A stretch of 64,000 bases of DNA from Pyrinomonadaceae bacterium (lineage in GTDB: Bacteria; Acidobacteriota; Blastocatellia; Pyrinomonadales; Pyrinomonadaceae), in NCBI GenBank assembly GCA_046313635.1, contig JBKBYA010000008.1:99786-163785 (forward strand). Reading direction: 5' to 3'. Below the pieces are notes generated by a model, which made no database searches, had not been told where the DNA came from, and saw nothing but the letters and a program-made list of their open reading frames with translations. This document shows positions 9,227 to 17,490 of the stretch, piece by piece (the stretch's first letter is position 1; each line of letters starts with the position of its first letter). The translations under genes were made by a program, and so were the position numbers.

Positions 9227-10345
9227 CTAGTTGACGAATCGCCGCATCTTGATGCTGACGACAAAACCGATCGCGATGAATGTCGAGAGGATCGCCGACA
9301 ACCCGGCGCTCATCATCGGGAGCGGGACGCCGATCACGGGCAGGAACCCTTCTGCCATGCCGACGTTCATAAAGATCTGAAACATCATTCCCGATACAAC
9401 GCTCATTATAACGAGCATCGCCGCGCGGTCAGAGCATTGCCGCGCTCCGGCGATCATCCGCGAGAGCAGCAGAGCGTAGGCGAGCAGCAGCGAGACACAG
9501 CCGATAAAGCCTGTATTCTCCGCCGTCACCGCAAAGATGAAATCGGTATGCGGCTCGGGCAGGAATTTAAGAACGCTCTGTGACGTCTCGGGGTCGCCCT
9601 GATTGCCGGCAAGCCCGCCCTTGCCGACAGTGATCGTCGACTGGATGGTGTGATAGCCGTAGCCGCGCGGGTCGACCTGATCAGGATCGATGATCGCGAG
9701 GATGCGCTCCTGCTGGTAGCGCTTTATCTTGCCGGTCTTAACGCCGACGATATAGGCCGACGGTACGAGAACGGCGGCCGCGACGATCGCCAGCACCACG
9801 TAACGCATCCTGATCGCCGAGAGGAAGAGCATCGCCGCAAAGATCGGCATGTACGTGATCGCCTGCCCGGCGTCGGGCTCGGCGAGGATCAGCACGAGCG
9901 GGCCTGCAAAGATGGCCGCGCCGACCATCATCTGCCTGAGACCGATCTCGCTCGCCTTCTTTGATCCGAAATACTTGGCGAGCATCAGCACGGTCGGTAT
10001 CTTGGCGAATTCTGACGGCTGGAACTGCCCGATCACGGGCAGCCGCAGCCATGCCTTTTGCCCGTTTACCTGCACGCCGAGCGGCGTCAGCACGAGCAGC
10101 AGCAGCACGATCGCTCCGACGTAAAAGAACGGAGCCGCGTCGATGATCCGCCGGTAATCGCTGAATGCGACGACCGTGAAAGCCGCGAGCGCGATGCCGA
10201 TGCCGAGGATCTGCTTTGACCAATAGTTCTCGTCCGGCTGCGCGTTATGGATCTGCCACACGCCGAAGGCCGAGATCGCGATCGCGAGTATCGCCGAGAG
10301 CCAGTCAAAGTCGCGCAGGTCGCGTTTTTCGATGATCGATACCAT
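9227..10345 (-). CDS. rodA: Rod shape-determining protein RodA (SEDS)
   Basis: FQPSEFAK, LPEPHTDFIF and GVPLP motifs; located in the mre cluster. Confidence 0.93.
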   Translation of the reverse strand: MVSIIEKRDLRDFDWLSAILAIAISAFGVWQIHNAQPDENYWSKQILGIGIALAAFTVVAFSDYRRIIDAAPFFYVGAIVLLLLVLTPLGVQVNGQKAWLRLPVIGQFQPSEFAKIPTVLMLAKYFGSKKASEIGLRQMMVGAAIFAGPLVLILAEPDAGQAITYMPIFAAMLFLSAIRMRYVVLAIVAAAVLVPSAYIVGVKTGKIKRYQQERILAIIDPDQVDPRGYGYHTIQSTITVGKGGLAGNQGDPETSQSVLKFLPEPHTDFIFAVTAENTGFIGCVSLLLAYALLLSRMIAGARQCSDRAAMLVIMSVVSGMMFQIFMNVGMAEGFLPVIGVPLPMMSAGLSAILSTFIAIGFVVSIKMRRFVN

Positions 10346-10366
10346 GTCGTCTATTTCCCGGCCGGA

Positions 10367-12295
10367 CTACTGGCCGTTGCCGTGATCCTTTTCGGTCCCG
10401 ACGCTGCCGGGCGTGTGCAAAAGCTCGGGGCTGCGCTTGGCGAGATACGCGTCGTAAACGCCCTTGGCGACCGGCGCCGCGTTGGCCGCGCCGAATCCGG
10501 AATTTTCGACCAGCGCTATCACCGAGAGCTCCGGCTTGTAGGCCGGCGCAAAGCTGACGAACCAGGCGTGGTCCTTGTTTGCCCCGACGTCCTTGCCGAG
10601 CTCGGCCACCTGCGCCGTGCCCGTCTTGCCGGCGATCTCGAAATTGGGATTGCGGATCGACGCGGCCGTACCGCCGGCATTGACCACGCCCCACATGCCC
10701 TTGAGCATTATGTCGTACTGGTCGGGCGTCATCGGGATCAGCTTCGGCTCGGGATGCTGGTACGTAAAGCCCTGCCTTGCCGGGATGTAATTCGGGTCGC
10801 CGTTGTGCTCGATCGCGGCGATCGATCTGAACTCTTTAAGGAAGTGCGGCGTGTACATCTTGCCGCCCATCGCGATGCTCGACACGGCCCGCAGCATCGA
10901 TATCGGCGTGACGACGACCGTATCCTGCCCGATCGACGCGTAAACGGTGCGGATGTCGCTCCACTTGCCCTCGTGTTTGAGTATCCACGGCATCCATGAT
11001 TTGGGCGTCTGGCTGACCTTTTCGTTCGGCAGGTCGACGCCCGTGCGCTTGTCGTACTCAAAGGTCTGGATCATCTCGATCAGTCCCTCGATGCCCATCT
11101 TCAAAGCGAGGTGATAGTAGTAGCCGTCGCACGATTTGGTGATCGCGTAGTCGAGCGGCGGAGCGCCGTGGCTGCCCATGCAGCGCGTGAACTTGTTGCC
11201 GATCGTGATGCCGCCGCCGCAGAGCATATTGGACTTTTTCGGCGTGATCACGCCCTGCAGAAGAGCGCCGGCCGATTCGGGAATTTTCCATGTCGAGCCC
11301 GGCGGGTAGCGGCCCTGGATCGCACGGTTATACAGCGGACGCTTCTCGTCCTGCCAGTAGGCCGCGATCTGGCGCCGGCCCTCGGGACTCGACGGCCCGC
11401 TGATAAAGACGTTCGGGTCGTAGGCCGGATGCGAGACCATGGCGAGGATCTCGCCGTTGTTCGGGTCCATCACGATGACGGTGCCGCGCTTTGTCGCCGA
11501 CTCGTCGAGCTTCTTTTCGGCGGCGAGCTGAATGTCGAGGTCGATCGTCGAGACGAGGTCCATCCCGGCCTGCGGCGGTACGGTCTCGATCTCGGCCTGC
11601 ACGCGGCCGCGGCTGTCGACGACAACCTTTCGGTAGCCGGGTCGCCCGCGCAGGTACTCGTCGTAATACTGCTCGAGGCCGCCCTTGCCGATGATGTCGC
11701 CGGCCTTGTAGCCCTTTTCGCGGTACTCGGCCCGTTCGAGCTGGGCAGGGCTGATCTCGCCGACGTAGCCGAGCACGTGCGACAGCACCGGGCCGAGCGG
11801 GTAATGTCTCTGCGGCTGGAGCTCGACCCGGAGCTCGGGAAACTCGAGCGAGTGAGCCTCGACCCAGGCGATGTCCTGTATGCCCGCGTTCTCTTTGAGG
11901 ACGAGCGTTTCCAGCTCGGTGATCTTGTCGCCCGAGTGCTTGATGAGGTTCAGCTTTTCGGCGACGAACTGCGGCTCGAGACCGAGACCGGCCGAATAAT
12001 CGGCGGCCCGGCCGGTGATGTCTATTTTCTTGAGCGGATCGTATGAGACGACGACGTTGTACGTCGGCCTCGAATCGACGAGGATCTTGCCGTTGCGGTC
12101 AAAGATCGCTCCCCGCGCGGCCGGTATCGGGATCAGCCGCACGCGTTGATTCTCGGCCCGCTCGCTGTAGTATTCGCCCTTGACGATCTGCAGGTAATAC
12201 AGCCTGACGCCGAGGATCGTCAGCAGCACAAAGGCGAGGACCTGAATGGTCGAGACGCGTGCCGAGAGATTTTGGACGTGATCGTAGATCTTCAT
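10367..12295 (-). CDS. mrdA: Penicillin-binding protein 2
   Basis: RGAIFDRNG, YPPGSTWK, SCD and KTGTAQ motifs. Confidence 0.93.
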   Translation of the reverse strand: MKIYDHVQNLSARVSTIQVLAFVLLTILGVRLYYLQIVKGEYYSERAENQRVRLIPIPAARGAIFDRNGKILVDSRPTYNVVVSYDPLKKIDITGRAADYSAGLGLEPQFVAEKLNLIKHSGDKITELETLVLKENAGIQDIAWVEAHSLEFPELRVELQPQRHYPLGPVLSHVLGYVGEISPAQLERAEYREKGYKAGDIIGKGGLEQYYDEYLRGRPGYRKVVVDSRGRVQAEIETVPPQAGMDLVSTIDLDIQLAAEKKLDESATKRGTVIVMDPNNGEILAMVSHPAYDPNVFISGPSSPEGRRQIAAYWQDEKRPLYNRAIQGRYPPGSTWKIPESAGALLQGVITPKKSNMLCGGGITIGNKFTRCMGSHGAPPLDYAITKSCDGYYYHLALKMGIEGLIEMIQTFEYDKRTGVDLPNEKVSQTPKSWMPWILKHEGKWSDIRTVYASIGQDTVVVTPISMLRAVSSIAMGGKMYTPHFLKEFRSIAAIEHNGDPNYIPARQGFTYQHPEPKLIPMTPDQYDIMLKGMWGVVNAGGTAASIRNPNFEIAGKTGTAQVAELGKDVGANKDHAWFVSFAPAYKPELSVIALVENSGFGAANAAPVAKGVYDAYLAKRSPELLHTPGSVGTEKDHGNGQ

Positions 12296-12331
12296 ATTGG
12301 CGCTGCAGCATCCGTGATCGAGAGTTGAACG

Positions 12332-12877
12332 CTATTTGCCGAGCCGGATGGGATTGCGACGCCGCGTCTGCCGGCGCGGGGTGAACACGTCGCGCTTTGG
12401 CCTGCGGACACGCTCCTTCAAAAAATGGTCGAGCAGCACAAAAACGGCCGTGCCCGCGATCGTCGTGCCGATCAGCGAATAAGCGACGACCGGAATGACC
12501 TGGACATTCGGCTCCTGCCCGAGCAGTTTGTGAAGCGCAAAGGACAACGTCGTACTGACCAGACTGGCTGCGGCTATGACGGGTATCCGGAGCAGAACGT
12601 TGTCCATATAGACCCGCCGCGCGACCTCGGAAACGATGTAGGCGACAAGTGTCTTGGTAAAGCCGCTCGAACCGAGCAGGCCCGAACTGAGAGCGTCGAC
12701 CGCGAGCCCGGCAAAGGTCGCATAAAAGATCGCCCGGATAGAGTTTCGCTGCAGTGCCGCGTAAACGACGATGATCAACGGAAAGTCGACATACGCAAAC
12801 GGCTCCGCGACGTTGCGCAGCGTCCACTGCAGCGCGACGGCGACGGCGAGGGCGATCGTTAGTTTCACTTGCTCCAT
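12332..12877 (-). CDS. mreD: Rod shape-determining protein MreD
   Basis: Hydrophobic 181-aa protein between mreC and mrdA. Confidence 0.85.
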   Translation of the reverse strand: MEQVKLTIALAVAVALQWTLRNVAEPFAYVDFPLIIVVYAALQRNSIRAIFYATFAGLAVDALSSGLLGSSGFTKTLVAYIVSEVARRVYMDNVLLRIPVIAAASLVSTTLSFALHKLLGQEPNVQVIPVVAYSLIGTTIAGTAVFVLLDHFLKERVRRPKRDVFTPRRQTRRRNPIRLGK

Positions 12878-12931
12878 GGGCAGTCGACTTGCTCGAGCTT
12901 AACGGCCAAGAATTCTTCTCACGCTCGAAGC

Positions 12932-13831
12932 CTACTTTTTCGTCGGTTTTGTTGTCGCGTTCGGCAATTTTTGTTCGTACTCGGGCTTGGCGGGCGGCTC
13001 GTAGAGCAGAACCCCGACCTCCTGCATCGAGCTGATCCCGGCCGCGGGCTTGATAAAGATCTGGTGCGGCGTGGTCGCAGAGCCGGTTACGACCTGCACG
13101 ATCTCTCCGATCTTGAGTCCCGCGGGATAAATGCCGTCTTGCCCGGTCGTATAGACGGCCTGGCCGGGCTGCACGTCAAGGTAGCCGGGAACGTACTTCA
13201 TCTCGAGCACATCGCGCCGGCCTGAGCCTGTGACGACGCCGAGCGTATTTGAAGATCCGATCTCGCCGACGACCGCGCCCACGCCCGACTTGTCGCGCGT
13301 CACGAGATCGACCTGCGCCGTGAGCGGGCTTACCGCCGTCACGCGGCCGACAATGCCGCCGTTGGCGACGACCGGCATATTCAGCTTGACGCCGTCGAGG
13401 CTGCCGCGATCGATGATCGACGACTCGAACCAGACCGAGGGGTCGCGGCCGATGATGCGCGCGGGCAGTACTTTGTATTTGCTCTGTTCTTTAAGTTCGA
13501 GCAGTGTCCGCAGGCGGTCGTTCTCGTCGGCGAGGCCTTTGGACTGGTTGACCTGTACCTCGAGCTCCTGGATCTGCTGGCGGAGGCGCGAGTTCTCGTC
13601 CTGAGCCGTGCGCAGGTTAGCGATCGAGGCAAAGTAGTTGGAGACAGCGGCAGAGACCGTAGTGACCGGCGACTGCACAAAGTCGGCCGCCGTTTGGCTC
13701 CAGACCCGTATGATCCGGTCGCCGCCGTCGGTCCTGGCGTCAAACGCCATCAGGACAAAGTTTCCCAGCAGGAGCACGATGACCAGCCACGGCGTCAGCC
13801 TCCAAACTTCTTTCTGACTTCGCTCAACCAT
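12932..13831 (-). CDS. mreC: Rod shape-determining protein MreC
   Basis: TM helix plus coiled coil (ENDRLRTLL), IDRGSLDGV and TTGQDGIYPAG. Confidence 0.92.
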   Translation of the reverse strand: MVERSQKEVWRLTPWLVIVLLLGNFVLMAFDARTDGGDRIIRVWSQTAADFVQSPVTTVSAAVSNYFASIANLRTAQDENSRLRQQIQELEVQVNQSKGLADENDRLRTLLELKEQSKYKVLPARIIGRDPSVWFESSIIDRGSLDGVKLNMPVVANGGIVGRVTAVSPLTAQVDLVTRDKSGVGAVVGEIGSSNTLGVVTGSGRRDVLEMKYVPGYLDVQPGQAVYTTGQDGIYPAGLKIGEIVQVVTGSATTPHQIFIKPAAGISSMQEVGVLLYEPPAKPEYEQKLPNATTKPTKK

Positions 13832-13837
13832 CGTTCG

Positions 13838-13910
13838 AAAGGATAAAGGCGAAAGGATAAGGGATAACAGAACTTTACCTTTCGCCTTTAGCCGTTATCC
13901 TTCATCCTTT
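13838..13910. repeat. Palindrome with 7-bp tandem arms (AAGGATA/TATCCTT-type)
   Basis: aaaggata aaggcga aaggata agggata...ttacctt tcgcctt tagccgt tatcctt catcctt, between mreB and mreC. Confidence 0.85.
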
Positions 13911-13912
13911 GT

Positions 13913-14959
13913 CTAGCTTCCTGTCATCAATGAATTGTCCCACTTTACGCGCTTGAGGAGCTCGATGTCGGAGAGCATCTTGCCGGTGCCGAGCACGACG
14001 GACGAGAGCGGGTCGTCGGCGATGACCACCGGCAGTCCCGTCTCGATCATCAGACGCTTATCGAGATTTTTGAGCAGGGCTCCGCCGCCGGTGAGGACGA
14101 TGCCGCGCTCGACGATGTCGGCCGAGAGTTCGGGCGGCGTGCGTTCGAGCGCGACGCGGACGGCGTTGATGATCGTCGAGACCGAATCGGACAGTGCCTC
14201 GCGGACCTCTTCGTCGGTCATCGTGATCGTCTTCGGGATGCCCTCGATAAGATTGCGGCCGCGGACGTCCATCGAGAGCGGTTCGTCGAGCGGGAACGCG
14301 CTGCCGAGAGCGATCTTGATGGCCTCGGCCGTACGCTCGCCGATGAGAAGGTTGTACTTTCGCTTGATGTACTGAGTAATGGCCTCGTCCATCTCGTTGC
14401 CAGCGACGCGGACGGCACGCGAATAGACGATGCCCGACAGCGAGATGACCGCGATGTCGGTCGTGCCGCCGCCGATGTCGACGACCATATTGCCGTGCGG
14501 CTCGGTGATCGGGAGGCCCGCACCGATGGCGGCGGCCATCGCCTCCTCGACAAGATAAACTTCTGAGGCCTTTGCGCGGTAGGCCGAGTCCTCGACGGCG
14601 CGGCGCTCGACCTGCGTGATCTCGGACGGGATGCCGATGACGACGCGCGGGCGGACCCACGATTTGCCGTTATGCGCCTTGCGTATGAAGTGCTGGAGCA
14701 TCTTTTCGGTCACCTCGAAGTTGGCGATCACGCCATCCTTCATCGGCCGAATGGCGACGATGTTGCCGGGTGTGCGGCCGAGCATCTCCTTGGCGTCGCG
14801 GCCGACCGCCTCGACCTGGTTGGTGACCTTGTTGATCGCCACGATCGACGGTTCGCTGACGACTATGCCGCGCCCCTTCGCATAGACGAGCGTGTTTGCG
14901 GTCCCAAGGTCGATCGCAAGATCGCTGGAAAAAAGACTGAACAAAGACTTAAATGCCAT
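13913..14959 (-). CDS. mreB: Actin-like cell shape protein MreB
   Basis: DLGTANT, DIGGGTT and GGGALL motifs. Confidence 0.97.
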   Translation of the reverse strand: MAFKSLFSLFSSDLAIDLGTANTLVYAKGRGIVVSEPSIVAINKVTNQVEAVGRDAKEMLGRTPGNIVAIRPMKDGVIANFEVTEKMLQHFIRKAHNGKSWVRPRVVIGIPSEITQVERRAVEDSAYRAKASEVYLVEEAMAAAIGAGLPITEPHGNMVVDIGGGTTDIAVISLSGIVYSRAVRVAGNEMDEAITQYIKRKYNLLIGERTAEAIKIALGSAFPLDEPLSMDVRGRNLIEGIPKTITMTDEEVREALSDSVSTIINAVRVALERTPPELSADIVERGIVLTGGGALLKNLDKRLMIETGLPVVIADDPLSSVVLGTGKMLSDIELLKRVKWDNSLMTGS

Positions 14960-15168
14960 CTTTTGTACTTCTCGAGGATTGAATTGTCTTTAGAGATCGG
15001 GTCAGAAAGGGCGATTGCCCCAGGTTTCCATGCCGCTGCCGAAATAGAGAAGAGCTATAGCCCAATGTCTAATTTGTAAGCATACACTCATCGCTTTGAG
15101 ATTTTCTAGTAGAAAGCCCGAAAAACCGATGCGGCAGAGAATTTTTGGCCACCCTCTGCCTGACAAGC

Positions 15169-15195
15169 AAAAAGGGCGGCCCCTGAGGGCCGCCC
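15169..15195 (-). terminator. Intrinsic terminator after the 704-aa secreted protein gene
   Basis: Minus strand reads GGGCGGCCCTCAGGGCCGCCC followed by TTTT. Confidence 0.75.
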
Positions 15196-15217
15196 GCTAC
15201 AGACCTGTGCCGGCACC

Positions 15218-17332
15218 TTAGAAGGCCGCGGCAGTGAAGTTGAGATCGGCCACGCCGTCGTCGATCTGCCGTGTCTGCGGCGTGAAGGTGTAGCGGCCGA
15301 CCGAGATCGAGACCGTGTAGCTCGCTCCGGCGGGGATATCGTCAAAGCGATAGTAACCGAAAGCGCTGGTGTACGTCGTACGAGTAAAGTTGCTGCCGTT
15401 GGTTATCGTCACGGCCGCTCGTCCGATCCCCTCGCCCGAGCTGGTGGCCACGCGGCCCGAGACGCTCACGAGCGCGGCCTGGGCCGGTGTCGGGCCCATT
15501 ACCTGCAGGTTGATGGGATTGCCCGTCTTAAAGAATCCGATCGTCGCATTGACGACCTGCGGCGGCCGGTTTGAATCGAATCGGAAGTTGTAGAGCGTTC
15601 CCCACCGGATGGCGTTGGCGTTCGGGTTCTGCGCGAATGTCTCGCTCGCCCAGGTCAGCGACGTCGGTGTCTGCGTCGGCGTCCACGGCGTGCTGCTGTA
15701 GCCGGCGTTCCCGACCGTGCCGTCGCCCGACCAGCCGGGATGCTGCGGCGGAGCATGAAAGCCGATATTGCTGAGCGTGATGCCGTTGCCGAGCGGGATC
15801 GAGAAGGACTGAATGCCGCGGTCGAGATTCTGGTTATAAATTGCGTACTCGTAGTGCCATACGCCCGGCGACGGATTGGTCACCTTATAAGCGATCGTGC
15901 CTATGCCGTCGTTGTTAGGGTCAGGCCGTATCTCGACCGACGTGGCTCCCGGCCAGGCCGTGATCGCGGGCTTCGTGCGCTGAGTACTGCCCGCCGGCGA
16001 GAACGAGAATGGGCTCGTCGTGCCCGAAACGCTGTACTGCCGGTACGAGACGTTGTTGTACATATTGCACTGGCCCGGATTGGCCTGGCACCACGCATAC
16101 TCGTGCGGCGTGATGTACTGCGCCTCGGCGTAGTACGTTGCACCGGGATTCTGCGCCGTGCTGAGGTCGCTGATCTCGGTCAGGATGCGGTGCGACGGGC
16201 CGAGATGGGTGTGGCCGGTGTGATTGTTGTTCGGCGTGGCCGAATCGTTCCGCGGGTAAAAGCCCGTGAACGGATTGATCCAGGCACGCGAGCCGAGGTT
16301 TGGGCCGGCGTTGAGGCTGGCCGAGTACGGGTCCGAGCATCCCGAGCCGAGCTGCGAACCGCCGACGCCGTTGCAGCCGAGATTGCAGAGATTGTTGGTC
16401 AGCGCGGTAAAGGCGTGTTTGACGCTCGACTGTCCGATCTGCTCAAACCTCTCGGTGTTGTCGGCACCGCCGCTCATTCGGTAGAGATTTTGCGGGATGA
16501 CGGGATGGTCGTTGGCCGGGTTTGCAAACCAGTTGAGATTCTGTGTGCCGAAGTTGCACGAATCGGTCCCAACCGCGAGACCGACCTGCGTGCCCGCACT
16601 GCTGCCAAACTGCGCGAGGCCCGAGAGGTCGCCGACGACGACGTCCGGTCCGGGAACGGTGCCGGGCAGCGCCGCATCGTTAATGGCGGGCATCTCGTCG
16701 GACTTTACCTCGCCGTCGACGATATGCGTGACCTCGATCGGCCGCATCGTCGCTTCGATATTGATCGAGCCTACACTCGTGCCGGCGGGCCGTCCGAGCT
16801 CGGCCGCGAATTCGCGCGAGAGGAGCAGACGGCCATTCTCGATCAGGAGCCGGCGGTCGTCCGCCGAGTAGCTGAACTCGTAGCCTTCGATATTGAAATA
16901 ACTAAAGCCAGACTTTGCATCGCGCACCGTCAGCTCGAACGCGCCGCCCCAGCCGGCATTGTCGATCGTCAGATCGCCGATGCCCGCGCCGAGCCTGCCG
17001 CCGACGCTCGTCGAACGCTCTGCGGTCAGGGGCATCGAACTCGGGAGCGGTCCGCGAAGCTCATCGTTGAATACGAGCACGGTGAAGAATGAATTTGGCT
17101 GCACCTCGAAGCGCAGCGAACCGCTGCGCGGAGCCCGCGACCTGCGGCCGGACGGCGCGAGCGTATTGAGGTCGACGTCCATCGCGACGCTTCCCTTTGC
17201 GACGATAAGCTTTTCGAGCTTGCCCGAATCTCCCGACGACGGACTCGTTACCGCATCCGAACGGAAGATGTCGGACCCCTTGCTGAAAAACACCAATAGC
17301 GGGAGTAGAGCGATCAAAGCTGCTTTATACAT
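15218..17332 (-). CDS. Secreted multidomain hypothetical protein (Cys/His-rich core; C-terminal carboxypeptidase-regulatory-like domain)
   Basis: Signal-like N-terminus, core GPDVVVGDL...HPVIPQNLYR...KHAF...GCSDPY, and C-terminal VSGRV...TSAFGYYRF. Confidence 0.85.
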   Translation of the reverse strand: MYKAALIALLPLLVFFSKGSDIFRSDAVTSPSSGDSGKLEKLIVAKGSVAMDVDLNTLAPSGRRSRAPRSGSLRFEVQPNSFFTVLVFNDELRGPLPSSMPLTAERSTSVGGRLGAGIGDLTIDNAGWGGAFELTVRDAKSGFSYFNIEGYEFSYSADDRRLLIENGRLLLSREFAAELGRPAGTSVGSINIEATMRPIEVTHIVDGEVKSDEMPAINDAALPGTVPGPDVVVGDLSGLAQFGSSAGTQVGLAVGTDSCNFGTQNLNWFANPANDHPVIPQNLYRMSGGADNTERFEQIGQSSVKHAFTALTNNLCNLGCNGVGGSQLGSGCSDPYSASLNAGPNLGSRAWINPFTGFYPRNDSATPNNNHTGHTHLGPSHRILTEISDLSTAQNPGATYYAEAQYITPHEYAWCQANPGQCNMYNNVSYRQYSVSGTTSPFSFSPAGSTQRTKPAITAWPGATSVEIRPDPNNDGIGTIAYKVTNPSPGVWHYEYAIYNQNLDRGIQSFSIPLGNGITLSNIGFHAPPQHPGWSGDGTVGNAGYSSTPWTPTQTPTSLTWASETFAQNPNANAIRWGTLYNFRFDSNRPPQVVNATIGFFKTGNPINLQVMGPTPAQAALVSVSGRVATSSGEGIGRAAVTITNGSNFTRTTYTSAFGYYRFDDIPAGASYTVSISVGRYTFTPQTRQIDDGVADLNFTAAAF

Positions 17333-17490
17333 AATTTGAGATTCTTGCCTCTTGGACTCCTTGACAGGGTGACCTAAATCGCGGGCTGTCTAAAATGTGA
17401 CAACGTTTTTACACTCTTTAGCTACTTTAATCAAGTTAGGTATAGTAGACCGTTCACCTTGCTTCAGCATCGCCGCGGCATCTTTACAGT

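Noticed and set aside
7348..9234. Long antisense ORFs (e.g. 628 aa here, 4433-5758, 54787-56424)
   Set aside because: Shadow ORFs opposite well-supported genes, as expected in GC-rich DNA.
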